NCBI GenBank assembly: GCA_030704615.1 | Contig: CM060734.1 | Span: 25,668,001-25,732,000, forward strand | Length of the DNA: 64,000 bases | Source: Takakia lepidozioides | Taxonomy: Eukaryota; Plantae; Bryophyta | Direction: 5' to 3' | Shown: positions 40,201 to 54,056 of the stretch, in pieces | How positions within the stretch are numbered: the first letter of the stretch is position 1 | Layout of the letters: the number at the start of each line of letters is the position of its first letter | Notes under the pieces: model-generated | What the model saw: only the letters and a program-made list of their open reading frames with translations | What the model was told of the DNA's origin: nothing | Databases searched by the model: none | Position numbers and translations under genes: made by a program

Positions 40201-42272
40201 GGTTCAACAATCTTATTATCCTGCGTACCTTCAGCAAACGAGCTGGTGCATACAACACCTGATACCCCCATGAATCTATGCACTGACTCTAGACATGCAT
40301 GTCATCAACATAAATTCTTATGTACTTGTTTGTGTGCTTTCATGGCATGTAGTCTCCGTGATGAATGTCAAGGACATGTCCTGTGCCATCACATAACCTT
40401 GTCAAGGACATGTCCACCTTTACTTACACTTAAGGCATTTGTACATTCTATCAGCGAGGAGAAGGTGGCTAATATGATTAAGGTTGTAATGAACAACCTG
40501 CTGAATAGCTGGCATAATTGGAATTTGAGGTAAGACCTTATAATTTTGAAGATGAGAAACTGTTGCATTCACTCCAAGAAATAGGGGTGTTTAAAGGAAG
40601 GGCTTGCACACCTGTAGGTTTCATCGAGTTGGAACCATAGGTGTCTGCTGAAGGACTTCCCATGGGAAAAGCAGGCCTGGTAAGATTGCAGTAAATTCGA
40701 CAGGAGGGAAGCCAGTGATCCTGGAGTCTCTGCCTAAACTTCGAGGAATTCACCTGATTGTGTAGTTTGTCATCTTCACTCACCATTGGAAGGACAATTT
40801 TATTGTCTGAAGGAGACGATTATCTGAGCAGGGTTGGCAGGGCTGCGAGTGGGCTATGGTGGATTCCCGTTGAGTATCATACAGTATCTGTGGCGTGCCA
40901 AGCAACCCTACAATGTGTCTGTTGCTGCTGAAGTGGCTGCATGTGCTGCTTTGAAAAACCCCTCATATTTGGAGGTAAGGCTTTAGCTGTTAGAAGGGGA
41001 TAAGAAAAAGAGGGGTTGATTGGACTATGTGTGTCTTTTCTGCTTAACTTGAAGAGATCTGTCTGGGTTAAAGACTCCGATTATTAGAGCTTTGAGAAGT
41101 AGGCTCATGGCCTATTTGGCTAGAGCAGAGAAGGACTCCCTCTATGTAGCTGCTACGCAACCATTATAACTGAACTTTTGGATGTTGGGATGTTGCAGAC
41201 TGTGAAAAATGCACTCGTGAAAGAAAGAGAGCGTCTGTTTGTGAGGCTGCAAGAAGTACCGTTTCTGCAGCCGTACCCTAGTCACGCCAACTTCATCCTC
41301 TGCTTGGTCTTGGGTTACAAGAGTGCCAAGCAGCTGAAGGTGAGTTCTTCCTTGTTGTGAAGCTGAATAGTACTTGCTGTGGTAAAACAAGGTCTCCAAG
41401 AAGGTTACTGGCACCAAATCTCCGTCCTTACATACCTCCAGAATGTGGAAAATGCAGTGGTGCAAGTGGTCACTGTACCAGCCAGAAGGCCACAATTTAT
41501 CATTTACCCTCCACAGCCCGAGTGCCCACTCATGGCACATATGTTGGATCCATTTCACAGTAGAGGGATACAGTAGGCATCCAGGATTGAACGTCGTGCT
41601 TTCTGATACGATATAAATCATACTCTAGAGGCTCATGACTGGGGCTCCGGGAGCGCTAGAAATGCAGACTGCCCACAATATGCTTATTCATAGCCACCAT
41701 CCACAGGGGATGGCCATGTGAACAAATGTAAATCCTTCAACTGGACAGCTTTGAAGGGCAGCGAAGTCCGGTTTTGTGGATTTTGTAGCTCTTGGTTGGG
41801 CCTTGCATTGGAAGGGGGGTTGGCCAACACAACCACTTATTTCTATTAGGCTCTACTTTAAGGTAAAGCCCAGCAATCAATCATAAACTCACTTTCTTCT
41901 ATATTTTTGGAGTCATAGTCCGGTGGTCTTCCGTGGCCAGGCGGATTAGTTTGACAATATTGCACAGCTTCTGCTAAAAGTGCCAAACCCTTGCCTTTTT
42001 CCAGTACCTTTGATTCAGTTAAAATTTCTGATTTGGACAGTATGTTGGATTTCCCATCGCAAACATATCTTCCAAGCTCGACTAATGTCGTGGATTATAT
42101 TTGGAATAGACTCTCAAGGGTGTGGGGTAATCAAATGCAGGCAGATCTAGCACAGGAGGGAGTGATGGTGCGCCACTACGACAGGGATGAACTGAAAAAC
42201 TATATTCGTATTTCTGTGGGCAAGCCTGAACAAACTGACGCTGTCTTTGTTGCCCTTGCCAAGGTGTCATAA
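37213..42272 (+). CDS. HISN6: Histidinol-phosphate aminotransferase, probably plastid-targeted, 413 aa
   Basis: Exons 37213-37434, 37931-38014, 38372-38526, 38883-38980, 39706-39814, 40088-40245, 40832-40974, 41199-41339 and 42141-42272 (1242 nt, all GT-AG). Motifs [38 protein letters not shown]-lysine [21 protein letters not shown]. The Ser/Thr-rich N-terminus resembles a transit peptide; the start codon is inferred. Confidence 0.97.
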
Positions 42273-43892
42273 ATAGCCCAATCCCAAGAAAGGAGTGAAA
42301 GTTTCACAGCAAGGTGTCACTACAGTGTTGAATAGGATTACAAGGGGATGGGAATAACACATGGGTTGTTGACTGTCCCACTTCTTTTAACAACACATTG
42401 CTGGGCTGGATGAGAATGTTACACCTGTGTGTAAACCTGTGTTATCAATTAGGTTATGGCCAAGACTTCGGTATTCTAATGATTGGGTTGCTATGCTCAT
42501 GGGAGCTGAATTTTGCAAGAGTTTCACAAAATGTGTTGGGTGAGCAGAATTTCGTTTCACCATGAAATATTCAATAGATATCTGGGAATAAACGGTGCTT
42601 TGTGACCATGCTCACATGATACCTAATGTAATACCAAATGAGATGAATGTGTTTCATGTAGGCAGTTGGTGGTACAATAAGATAGGTATGATGACAGGTC
42701 GGCATGAACTCTGAAGATGGTGATAAAAGGACCCATATTTCAACCTCATTGGTGGAGGACTAGGATCAATCAAGGGTATTCTTCTAATTTGGCTTGTGTT
42801 GTTGCCCTTTGCCATTAGGCGGGGGGTGGGAACACAAAGGGGTTGCGACCTAGGGGGCAGCGATATACTAGTAAGGACTGAAGAAATGAGTTGTTAATGC
42901 CCTCTCACCAGCAAAGACTGCAATCAGGTGTAGACCCTCTACTAAGTTGCAATGGGCCTCTATTTGGCATGGCCTTAGTGTAGTGGGAAGGTCATGCGGG
43001 TGGTGTAGGACTCACCATGAGCTTAGTGGGTTGAGGTGGGTATCTCAAGGTTCACCGCAGGTCCAAGAGGCCATGGACAATTCGTTGGGATCTACTACGA
43101 TTGTGCACTTGGCGGTCAAGGGTGTTCATTGGTGGTGCCCCAAAACCTTGTGGGCTTGTTTGAAAAACTTTATTGAACACCTCCATAAGTACAAATGTAA
43201 GGGGTACCAACAAACAATAGGAACTTCTGCAGTAGAAGGACGCCGTCTGCATGGCGCGTTCCTCCCTACGGGGACTCATCCATTGAGTGAATCTAGATTG
43301 GAGTGACTTTGACACGATACTACCAATGTGACAACAGGAAAGTATCAAAAAAACAAGTAACAGAGATGAGAAGAAGCTATGGAATGAATACTTTTCTGAC
43401 CCCAATCAATGGTGGAACAACCGAGGCAGAAAGGTGAATGTCTGTTATCTTTCAAAGAGTAGCAGACGCAATTCAGCATAAGAACTAGTGTGATAACCTG
43501 AGTTGGGTGTTTTCTAGAATAAATCTAGGCTGTCCTTGTCAGCTACTAGCAGTATGATTTGTGCAGAGGTATGGGTAGCTGAAAGAGCAAAGATGGAATG
43601 TGGGTCCAAATTCATCCAAGAGGATCAGATTTCAAGCACAAGATTACTTATGATTCCCTGTGGATCAACAGCTACAAAAAACCTGCATGGATAGATGGTC
43701 TATTCCATGGGACTCAATTTGCCATTGAGTCTTGCATTATGACGATCACAATTGCTTGGCAACTGACTTGCACGAGGCTATGACCCTTAGGCAATCCCCA
43801 AAGCAGTAGTAACTTTGGGCTGCTTTTTCACTTTGATTTTTTCATTTTGTCCTATAAGCTGTTTGAGCTGTCCGCAGATGTAATAAAGTACC

Positions 43893-44000
43893 ATTTTATT
43901 TCATTTCATTTCATTTCATTTTCATTTCATTTTGTTTCTAGGCATGTCTTTCATCGATTTCGCATTTCATCGATTTCACATTTCATCGATTTCGCATTTC
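43893..44000. repeat. (TTTCA)n microsatellite and 3 x 16-bp CATCGATTTCGCATTT repeat
   Basis: Directly visible tandem units. Confidence 0.85.
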
Positions 44001-44559
44001 TAATGGCATGATTAGTTCTCTTATATGACATTACATGCGTATGTACTAGTCGGCTCACTACAAACACCAAAACTTCAAAGCATGCACCACTATGAATGAT
44101 TGTTCGAGTAATTTCGAGCATTTCATTTAAAATAGTAAAGCAGTAGTTGCGCCGACTTTTGCAGTCACAATTGCCACTAGGCATGTAGTACTGAAGTTAT
44201 GTGGTCGACTACCATCTGTCGTCCCGGGCCCGTGGCCACGTGACAGCAATGCTGCTTGTCGGCGTCCACGTCAACGTCCATGTGTCACCGCGGTTCGGTG
44301 AGTCATTCCACTCATGCAAAGGGAAAAGTCAAAGTCAGCCCAAAAAGTCAGACTCGTGGGCGGCTGGCCTGGTTACGCCACGTGGTGACTCAACAATAAT
44401 CGCAATAATCACTGAGCAGTTGTTGACGCGTCTGCGTCTGTTACCACTCCAATCATTGGATGTACGATCCAACTGCCATGTCTGTTGTAACTAGTCATTT
44501 GTAACTTCCCGTCGATCCCGATTTTTGACTTTTACGACTGAAAATGAGTTGTTTCCCCA

Positions 44560-47500
44560 GTGGTACATGACACGAATGCTTCTAGTGGGCCTGTCTTTAT
44601 ACAACCACGCCGATTCTGCTGGATCCCAAGGGAGCTGAGCCACTGGCATTTTGAAAAACCAAAAGAAGGGAAAAACAGCCCCCCACTGGGCCAGAGTAGC
44701 AGAACTCCTAAGCATGGGGTTAACCTTGTCAGTGGAGCAGTCAATTGTTCTTAACTTAAACAAGGACTGAGCGTGAACTGACATCAAAGAAAGAGGAGTA
44801 AGTGCTCCGAAACACCTGCAGAAAAACCCAGACCAGAGGCCACCGACTCGTGGAGGTGAGATACAAAAATGACATCACAGGGGTTACCTCCGCAACAACC
44901 TCTCCACAATAGAGCCAACCATGGATCCTGGCATTTACTGAGAAGAGCCCCCCAACGAGAAAAGATGGCCAAGAAGATGCGGGGCCAATGATAAAACAGG
45001 TGGCGTTGACTCAGCTAGGATGAAGAGGGGGAGGGCAGAGGTCACCAGCCGACCATAAATTCGCCACAGAGCTGAAACCAGCTGCTTCCCAATTGGCCCA
45101 AGGTCGAGAGCAGTTAGCCAAGAGCTCATCATCTAGCTGCAGATTACCAAAGACTGGTTGCCGCAAAACTTCTTCCCAACAACTCGGGGGACGCTGGAAA
45201 ATGAATTCTCTGAGCTTAACCCAAGCTCCCCAAATTGAATGCCAGGTAGAGGATCCTCCCTTCGGCCTTCGGTTGGTAGTGCCCCCTTGGCATATCCATC
45301 GCAATGACTTACCCCAAAGAGGGTCAGCTCTCGAAGCAGCTGATGCCAAATGGTTCCACAGCAGATATTTCCACGGACCTGCGTTCGGCAAAAAGCATCT
45401 TGGGATCCACTTCCCTAGAATAGCAATGATTTGAGACTCCAGATCGAGGATTCCAAGACCCCCCATTTTTTATTTTTTTTGGCAGAGCTGCGACCAGGAG
45501 ACTAAGGCTCTTCGAGCTGCGTCGGCAAAGCCCCCAAAGGAAATTGCGGACAAGAGCTTTGATTTGTTTGATAATCAGTGCACCAGGGAACCATACCGAG
45601 GCAATAACAAATAGAGGCCTTGAGGATCTGATTTACCGCTAGTGCCCTGCCTGATAAGGACAATCGCGACGAGCACCAGAAGGACAGCTTTGACTTAAGC
45701 CTACACAGAATAGGATGAAAACGTTGCTTCAAGAGAGACCGTGACCCATAAGATGCCCTAACAGCGGATGGGACTCCCTGGCACACAGCCAAGTCAATCC
45801 CCAGTCAAAACCCCAACAAGGAAGATGAGGGGGGCCAAAAGAGGCACGGAGAGACAGCAAACCTTTTGTTTTCGTCCAGTTGACCTTAAAACCGGAGGCT
45901 AGGCAGAAGCAATTCAAGGAAGAAAATGCATTGACAATGTTAGAGTGCAGGTCATCCCTAAGAAAAAGAGTGTGTCGTCTGCATAGGAGGAGATATTCAG
46001 ATTAAAACTTGCCCCGAGGCGGGGGATGGCCAGCCCGTGAATAACCGGATGATTATCAAACATGTACCCAAGGCAATTAGCAACAATGAGAAAGGAGGGG
46101 AGAGAGTGGGAAGCCTTGCCGAACTGATCTTTCCAGGGTGAGGGATTTGGAAAGGTGGCCATTCGTGATTATGCGACTGGAGGCTGAGGAAAGAAGGAGC
46201 TTAACCCAAGAGGTGAAGAACGGGGGCAGACCAATCTTACAAAGAGCCCCCATGAGAAACGACCAATTGATCCTATCAAAGGCTTTTTCAAAATCAAGCA
46301 TGACAACCGCAAGAGGCTGGCCAGAGGCATGAGCAAAATGTAAGGCCTCAATGGCCAGAATGATATTGTCAAGTAGCATACGATGCTTAACAAAACCAGA
46401 TTACGAAGGCCTAATGATGGCTGGAAGAATCCTCTGAAGCCGAATAGCTAGGCATTTAGCAATGATTTTGTAGGCCACATTTAAAAGAGTGATTGGCCTG
46501 TAGTTGGAGATCTGAGACCTATCCCCCTTTTTAAAATTGAGAGAGATGACTCCTTGGGCTAATTGGGAGGGCATGATTTTCTTAAAGGCAATGTCATTAA
46601 CCATGTTAATGAAGTCCTCTAATATGGAACCCCAAAGGACTTTATAGAATTCTGCAGGTACCCCATCCAAGCCAGGAGCCTTAAAAGTCTTTTAGCTCTA
46701 AAAGGGCATCCTCCAGCTCCATGGCGCTGAAGTCCTCACTCAGAGTGGCAGCCTGGGATTCTGAAATTTTGCGAGGGATGCAATCCCAGGCAGAATTTCG
46801 TGCCAGCTCTTCCTGCACAGAGGGAGGATCTCCCTTCAAAAAGAGAAGTAAAAAAACGGGCGGCAATACCATTCAGAGCCCAAGGCTCAGACACGAAGGA
46901 GTTATCGCTATCAGACAGACCAAACAATAGATTGCGCAGCTGGGCCGCCAGAAGCCCACGCTTGGCGTCCAAAAGGGAAGACAGAGTTGACGGGCCTGCC
47001 TTATTTTTCTCCAGCTTCTTCTAGCATACTGCAATGCATTTAACAAACCCCCGTTCTCTGGCAGAGCTACAGATAGCAAGCTCTTTAGTGAGCAACAAAG
47101 CTAGCTTCCTGTAGGCCTCAAGCTTTCTAGAAGGAATTTAAGAGTATGAGAGGAGATGGAGGAGGCAGAGGTAGACCAACAAGAATTCAGGGCATCCACG
47201 CAGCTAGGGACTTTAAGAATCGAAGAATTGATCTTTGGGAAGCCCCTACCTCTAGCTCTAGTCCCCGGGGTGGAAATTCTACCCTTAACCTCTGCATGGT
47301 CAAAAGCAGGGAGCACAGGGCCCATGGGGGAGTACTAAGCCCATGAACCAGCGGAGGAGGACAGATAAATTCTGTCCAGACGTGCCATGGCCAACTCTGG
47401 AGGAGATCTGTTGTTTGTCCATGAAAAAGCGGGAGAGAGGGGGAAGGAGTAATGGTCTGCAAAACCCACAGATAGAATCAGTGATTCCCATATATTCTTC

Positions 47501-50500
47501 TCAGATGCTGAGAAATCATGCAGAGAATTACCATATCTCAGAAGGAACATCTACCATGTTGAAATCTCCGGCCAAAAGCCAGTGGTCAGTCATAGGGGAA
47601 GCTAAAATTCTGGATTTAATAAGGGCCCAGCATTGAGTACGTTCTGTTCAGAGCAGTTAGAGGCATACACATTAATAATGCCAAGAGAGCCTGCAGCATT
47701 GGGAAGCTTCAGGAAGATACACTGAACCCTACTTTGAATCCAAATTTCATCATGCAAGATAGAGGGGAGAAGCACAGGGCTGAACCAAATGGCCGTGCCG
47801 CCTCGGGAGTCCACAATGGAGGGATTCCATTTGGCTGCCGAGGCAGGCCAGACCTGGCTGCCAAGAGAATTAATTTTTGCCAAGGTCAGCTTGTGCTCTT
47901 GAATCAAAGAGATGGAGGGAGGGGAGAGAACCTGATAGGCCCACCGCTTAATCTTAGCTGGAGCCAAGGCATCCAAGCCAATGCCTGGGATGTTCCAAGA
48001 TCTGATACTAAAATTCATCTGGGCCACAAAGGGGCCAGGCTCAGGAGGTCATCCTGAATTGGCCTGAGAATGAGAGAAGTAATTTTGTTCGTTTGTCATG
48101 GAAGGGCAAAGCCAAAACCCAATGAAGAGCAGGTGAGACCACCAAGGAAGAATCTTCCAATTCAATGTGTCCCACCAGAGTGTGACCAGTTTTTGCCTTT
48201 TGGCCTATAGATACATTGAATTGAAGCTTCTTTCTTGGGGTTAGCATTATGTCATGCTCCTTGAGCTGAAAACCCAACAGCAAAGAAATATCAAAGGAGA
48301 TAAGGTAGGGAAGAGAAAGCTCCTGAAGAGGAAGTTCGAGTGCAGGGAGGGCCCTTGAATGAGGCAGAGCCATCAAAACTTTGCATCATTTAGGAATCAA
48401 CGGATCAGGTGTTGAGATAAAGAAAGGGATTGTGACCAGGTCAGAATGAAGGCAGATGGGCAGACCAGAGTAGAGAGAGAGAGAGGGGGGGGGGAGAGGT
48501 TAGGGGTAACATTACCAGAGGGGGGGATTTATCCGTCAGGACCGCATTAGGAGAAAAACTGCCTAATGATTGGGTGACACCAGCCGTGCTGGTGTGTGTC
48601 TCCGAACCACCCATTGAGCTATCGACCTTGTCATCCGCCATCTCCATTAATCTCTTACCTTTGCTAAAGTTTTTCCGAAAGAGAAGAAGGGACTTATCGC
48701 GAACCTCTTTGATGAGCAGCAGACCAGCCGACAGCTGTACACCCAGCAGCTTGCGGTCCTCTTCTTCCCAAAGAGACGCATATCCCTTTGGGATGTCAGC
48801 ACCGGAGGACCAGATTCCAGGGTTGATATTGGCATGGGTGAAAACGTCATCGAAATCCATGACCACCAACATCTGAATTGTCGCAAACGATACATGCTTC
48901 GCATTATCTTCGAGAAAAGTGCCAAAGTGAAGTAGGATATTGGGGGAGAGGCCAAAACCCTGGAGAGAGGAAGCAAACAGCTCATTTGTCTTCTTGATGG
49001 CCAGTGCTATTTCCTGCGACGGGCCTGCAAATTCGGTCTGATCTCCCTGTGAAACCCATGCACTAGAGAGCCCATTGATGCCTTCGGTTAGCAAGATTTG
49101 TGGGCCCTCCTGATCCCAACGGAAGCTGACAGGGGTGATGGAAATGATTGCGTTGTCGTGTTTCAGACCCATAGGAGGTGTCCAGGAAGAGAGCTCGAGG
49201 TTTGCAAACGAACAGAGCCTGAGGCAGCGTACAACAAGATTGTCCAAAGGTCCTGGCCTGGGGGATGCCCAAAAGCTGTCAATAGAAAAGATGATAGGAA
49301 AATCTGGGGGAAAACCTGTTGGAGGTAACATTTGTTGTCGCATCGATAGAGGCAGGATAGAACGAAGTGATTGAGGGGAGTGCTGGTAGTGCTTGAAAGG
49401 CAGAGCATGTGGATTGGGAGCGGGTGAACGGGGGGATTTAGTTGGGGTTTTGAGCCGTTTGGATTCTGAAAATCAGGCAGCAGGGTGGGGATCGAGGAAA
49501 CAGAGAGGCTGTTTATTGCCAAAGTAAGAAGCAGGGAGGAAAGAGGTAAAGGAGGAGCAGAGGGAACAGGAAGGGCGGGGGGGGAGCAGTTTCGGAAGAA
49601 GGATTGGAAGAAGCGGAATGGAAGGCCTCCTCCCTTTTGCGCTTAATGACCGGACAGTTAACCTTGAAGTGCCCCGTGCCGTTGCAGCCATGGCAAACCA
49701 AGTTGAAGGGTTCCTCCATAACCGCAACTGCAATGAAATTGGCCACCAGTGAAGGCAGTTTAATGGTCGGAGGGACCACAACACCTTCAGGGATGAGCAC
49801 CACAACTTTTGGCGCTCCAATCTCCCCTACTCTGCTTACGTTGGAAAGCATCTCCCAACCAGTCATTTCTGCCACCATTGAATTTTTTGCCTCAGGGTCA
49901 AACACATTGAGGCATCCGAGATAGTCGCCGAAGTGTGCTCCTATTTTGGGAAGGGAAACCAGGTACTGACATGGTAGGTAGGGAAGAGAAATAATCCGAG
50001 GTCTGCAAGACAGCCCATCCTTGTGTCCTCAGACCTGGGACCATGGAAAGATGTGAACTTTATGAGAGGACAAGTGAGGGTTGAAGGCCAAGGCCTTGGA
50101 AGCTGCCTCCTGAGACTCAAAAATACGGCAACGAACCCGCGACCCCTCGACTGGCAGAAGAGTTGTCGCAGCAGACCATCTCCGCCTAAGTGCTCAATCA
50201 CCCATTGTCTCACCCAGTTCCTGTCTTTGAGTTTACCCGGGAAGTGAAGCAAAATCCCGCGATTTCGGAGCTTCTCAGATTGCAGCTTAACTGTCTCCAA
50301 GCCCACCTTTGCAATGGCGAGTTCCACTGGGATCAATCCGAGGTCTTCAGGCCATACTGCAGCTTCATCGACAATTGTCTAAGGCGACGGGATCCTGGAA
50401 GGGGGTCCTCTGCCAAGGATTGAGGGATAAGATGATGAGGAATGCGTGGCGCCTGCAGTGACCTCATCCGAGGAGCCTCTCTGAGCACCCTAACCTTGTC

Positions 50501-51255
50501 CTCTGCCCTAACCATGGAAGAAGTGAGCCTTCTTCCCTCCCCTGCTGGACGGACCACCAAGATACGACATTGCACAACACAACACAGACAGCAGCTAAAA
50601 ACAGCAAGAGCAAAGGAAAGCCGGAAAAACAAGATGGTTAGAACTGAAAAATCAAGAAACAGAGCACACCGAGAAAGCAAATGGGAAGGGGTGAGGGAGC
50701 GCCGCTGCGAGCACTGGAAGGCTCACAGCAAACGCAATCAATTCACACGCTGCCCAGCGCCTGGGATGGAGAGCCGCGGGGGGATCGAGGGCAATAGCAG
50801 CTGGTGAGGACCTGGAATGAATTGACGAGGCTTCGCAGGGGGGATGAAGAAAGGAAGCACTCGGATGTGCTTGAAGGTGCCTGTCAAGTAGACCATCAAA
50901 GAGCAGGGAGGCACAGCAGGGCCGATCAAAGCCCTACTAGATGAAAGACAGATAGGAAACCGGAAACTCAATGCAGAGAGGATCCATGAAGGTGTTAGCC
51001 TTAAGGCAGCTGATAATAAAGGCGACTGGGGGGGTTAGTAAACAAAGGGATTCAGAGTTAAGAGAGCTTTAAGGCCACCGAAAGGGGCGAGGTTACACCG
51101 ATGAAGGGGACCAAGACGCCAGAGAAGCCTGAAGCTTGATGTAGCGGGGATCCCAGAGCAGAGAGGTGGAGGTAGGCGAAGCTACCCGGAAATCGCTAAG
51201 TCCCAAGGGTACAGACACCGGGAACGCGGAGCTCGCCACGGAGCTCCCATTCCCC
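44560..51255 (-). mobile_element. Near-full-length degenerate L1-like LINE (ORF1 plus ORF2)
   Basis: ORF1 with CHGCNGTGHFKVNCP knuckle (~49650); APE endonuclease SWNIPG, LIQEHK, INVYA, GDFN (47100-48027); RT PGLDGVPAEFYK, NYRPITLLN, DFEKAFD, RQG.PLSP, YADDT; GGLGILDL. Many frameshifts; ends are approximate. Confidence 0.9.
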
Positions 51256-51279
51256 TGTCAACTTCAACAAGTCTGTCTT

Positions 51280-54056
51280 CTTTTCTTTTTTTTTCTTTTT
51301 TTTTTTTGGCAAACAGGGAGCGGAGGCCCTGGGAGCTTTAGGGAAACAGACAGGAGGAAAAAATAACCTCCAGGGGTACCGTGTAAGTGTATCACAGGGG
51401 GAACACCCAGTAGCACAGGGAAGGGGGGAGAAAAGCTGGAAATAAAAGCTCCATAACTGTCAAAGATAAGCATGGCACAAGAGCAGCTGCTTCTCTAACT
51501 ACCACACTTAAGGCAGAAGATCTGGAGACAAGGAAAAAGTGGGGAAGTGGAGCTAAACACTAGCACACTAGTATCTTAGCATGAGATCCCTAAATCCCAA
51601 AATCCAGCTGAGCTTTGGACTTGGAGACTCGCAGCTTCTGGTGCCTCCAGTTTGCATCAGAGTTAGCTGGCGACTTGCCATTCCCGGGGGAGGGCATCAT
51701 GCCAAGCGACTCGAGTGTCAGAGAGCCTGGTGAGAGGAGACTGCCTTAGCCCAGGTGAGGTCGAATTCCGTGAGTAATTGACGTCGTCTTCTCTCCCCGC
51801 ACCTGCTGGTAGCTGTTTGCAGAGACACCCATGCCTTATGCCCCTCAACAATCAAATCAGAGTATAGTTTATAGAGAACTAATCTGATGTTGGGGCACCT
51901 TCCATCAAACACTAAGCTGCATCTAGTCTTCCATAAACTCCACAGCGTGTGAGCTCTCAGACAGGCCTAGATTGGCCAAGTGTTCCGGATAGAATCTGAG
52001 AGCAGATTTAGTAACAGTAGGGGAGACGAGAGGTTAGGCAACTGATCCCAGTGAGAGTAGAAACCCGAAACCAACCGCCATGTTCAAGCAGAAATATGAC
52101 ATTCAACAAGAGCATGCTCCATGGTTTCCAAGATATTGTTGTTGCAGAGCTTGCAACATTGATTCTGATTTGGAAATGAAGCAGCCATCGGAAGGATCTT
52201 GTTGGCAATCTTCCACAGGAAAGCACAAATTTTGGCCGAGCGTTGTTTGAGCCAAATGTTTTTCCAAACCTTGTTCCATGCCGAAGGCTGCAGGCTGAAG
52301 GTCCATTTTCTATTCCACTTCGCAGAGAAATTGGCCTGCCAAGGAGCATCTTATAGCCTGCTCTGACAGTGTATCCCAGAAATGGGGATTTCTTTTTATC
52401 CATCCAAGTCCACTCCCCTGGATCGAATTGCAACCCGTTGAGAGGGAAGCATAGGAACCAAAGCAGGGATGCTGAACGGGCCCAACTGCACTCGTCACCT
52501 GGGGGAGGCTTGGGGTCAAGAGCACCGGAGGTATAGTCCAAACTCTAATTCTATATGCCAAGTCCTTGTGCAAATCCCCCACGTCATCATAGGAGCCTAA
52601 TGCCAAAAGAGCCACATTCGTAACATCATTCGAGCACCCAAACCAACAGGGAAGATCGGTGTTTGTGCAACCACCTCCTTCCAATAATGGCTGGACATAT
52701 GAGACTCCTGCCTTGATGTGGTCCCATCCATGTTTGATTGACGAAGCAGAGACCAGGGAGGAGAGCAAAGAGGGGTCTAGGAATTGACCATTTTCCCAGA
52801 CGTTGGCTACATGAGAGAGGCCCTTGGCTTCCCAAGTGGCCCACTTCTTGTGAAGGGTAATCAGAGGCCCATAGTCAAGATTAACATTACCAAACAGGGG
52901 CTGCCTGACTGCCTCTTCAAAACAGGTTACTCTTCTTTGAGTCAAATGCGGACTAAGAATTTTCCAAGCTTCCCATATTGAGTTCCATGCCTCAGAGCCG
53001 GAGCCTTTAGATTTTCCATTGCCATGGACTAGCCATTTGAGCGAGGGGACCCAAGAAGGTGAATTGGGAGGACAGGAGAGCACCATGTGCTGCCTTACTA
53101 ACTCACACCATGGGCTATCTCCCAAACAAAGCGCTCTTGGGATCCATTTAGCCAAAAGGGCAATTATTTGCAAAGAGGGATCTATTAGACCCAATCCCCC
53201 CTCTTTTTTTGGTCTACACAGTTGGTTCCAGGAGGCTAGAGCTCGTTTGGTCGGGTGTTGCGGGTTGGCTCCCCACAGAAAGTTCCTCATCATGGATTTG
53301 ATCTTGTCAATCAGCTTACAACCCGGGGACCAAACCGAAGCTGGGTACCAAACTGACACAATAAGAATTTGGTTCAGAACTAGAGCCCTTCCTGCCATGA
53401 ACGACATAGCCGAACTCCAAAAGGCCAACTTGGCTCTAAGTTTTTGGAGAGTTGGTTCAAACCTCTGATCATCAGTTAGACCAATCCCAACCTGGAAACC
53501 TAGCAGCGTATGAGCTTCCACGTAGGCCAACATCATTTCCGCAAGGGTTTCCATGCTGTTTGACTGAGGATGGAGGCAATTCTGAAAGAAGACCCACCGA
53601 CTTGTTCCAGTTAATTTTGAGTCCTGAGGCCATACAGAATAGCTGCAGAGCTTCCCGGGCTCTAGCTTTATTGGGCAAGTCCTCATTGTTCAGGAGTAGC
53701 GTGGTATCATCAGCGTACATGGAGATTTTAATCGATTTTCCTTGATGCACCTTTAGGCCAATAATGTCTTGCCTAGCATTAAGATAATGACCAAGGGCAT
53801 ATGCCGCTATGAGGAAGAGGTACGGGGCCAATGGGCAACCCTGCCTCACTGATCTGTGAAGAGAGAAGGGTCTAGAGATAACTCCATTTACAGATACTTT
53901 GCTGGATGCGGAGTTAAGCAGCAAGTGAACTCATCTAGGGAAGGACTCGGGGATCCCCATCTTAGCTAGGATTTTTTGGAGAAAGTCCCAATCAATATTA
54001 TCAAATGTTTTTTCAAAATCTAGCATTAGGATTGCCAATGGCTGCTCCAAGCACTT
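51280..54056 (-). mobile_element. 5'-truncated L1-like LINE (RT through zf-RVT) with probable poly(A) tail
   Basis: LDFEKTFD, RQGCPLAPYLF, YADDT, WNQLCRPKKEGGLG. The T-rich tract at 51280-51307 reads as an A-tail on the minus strand. Confidence 0.88.
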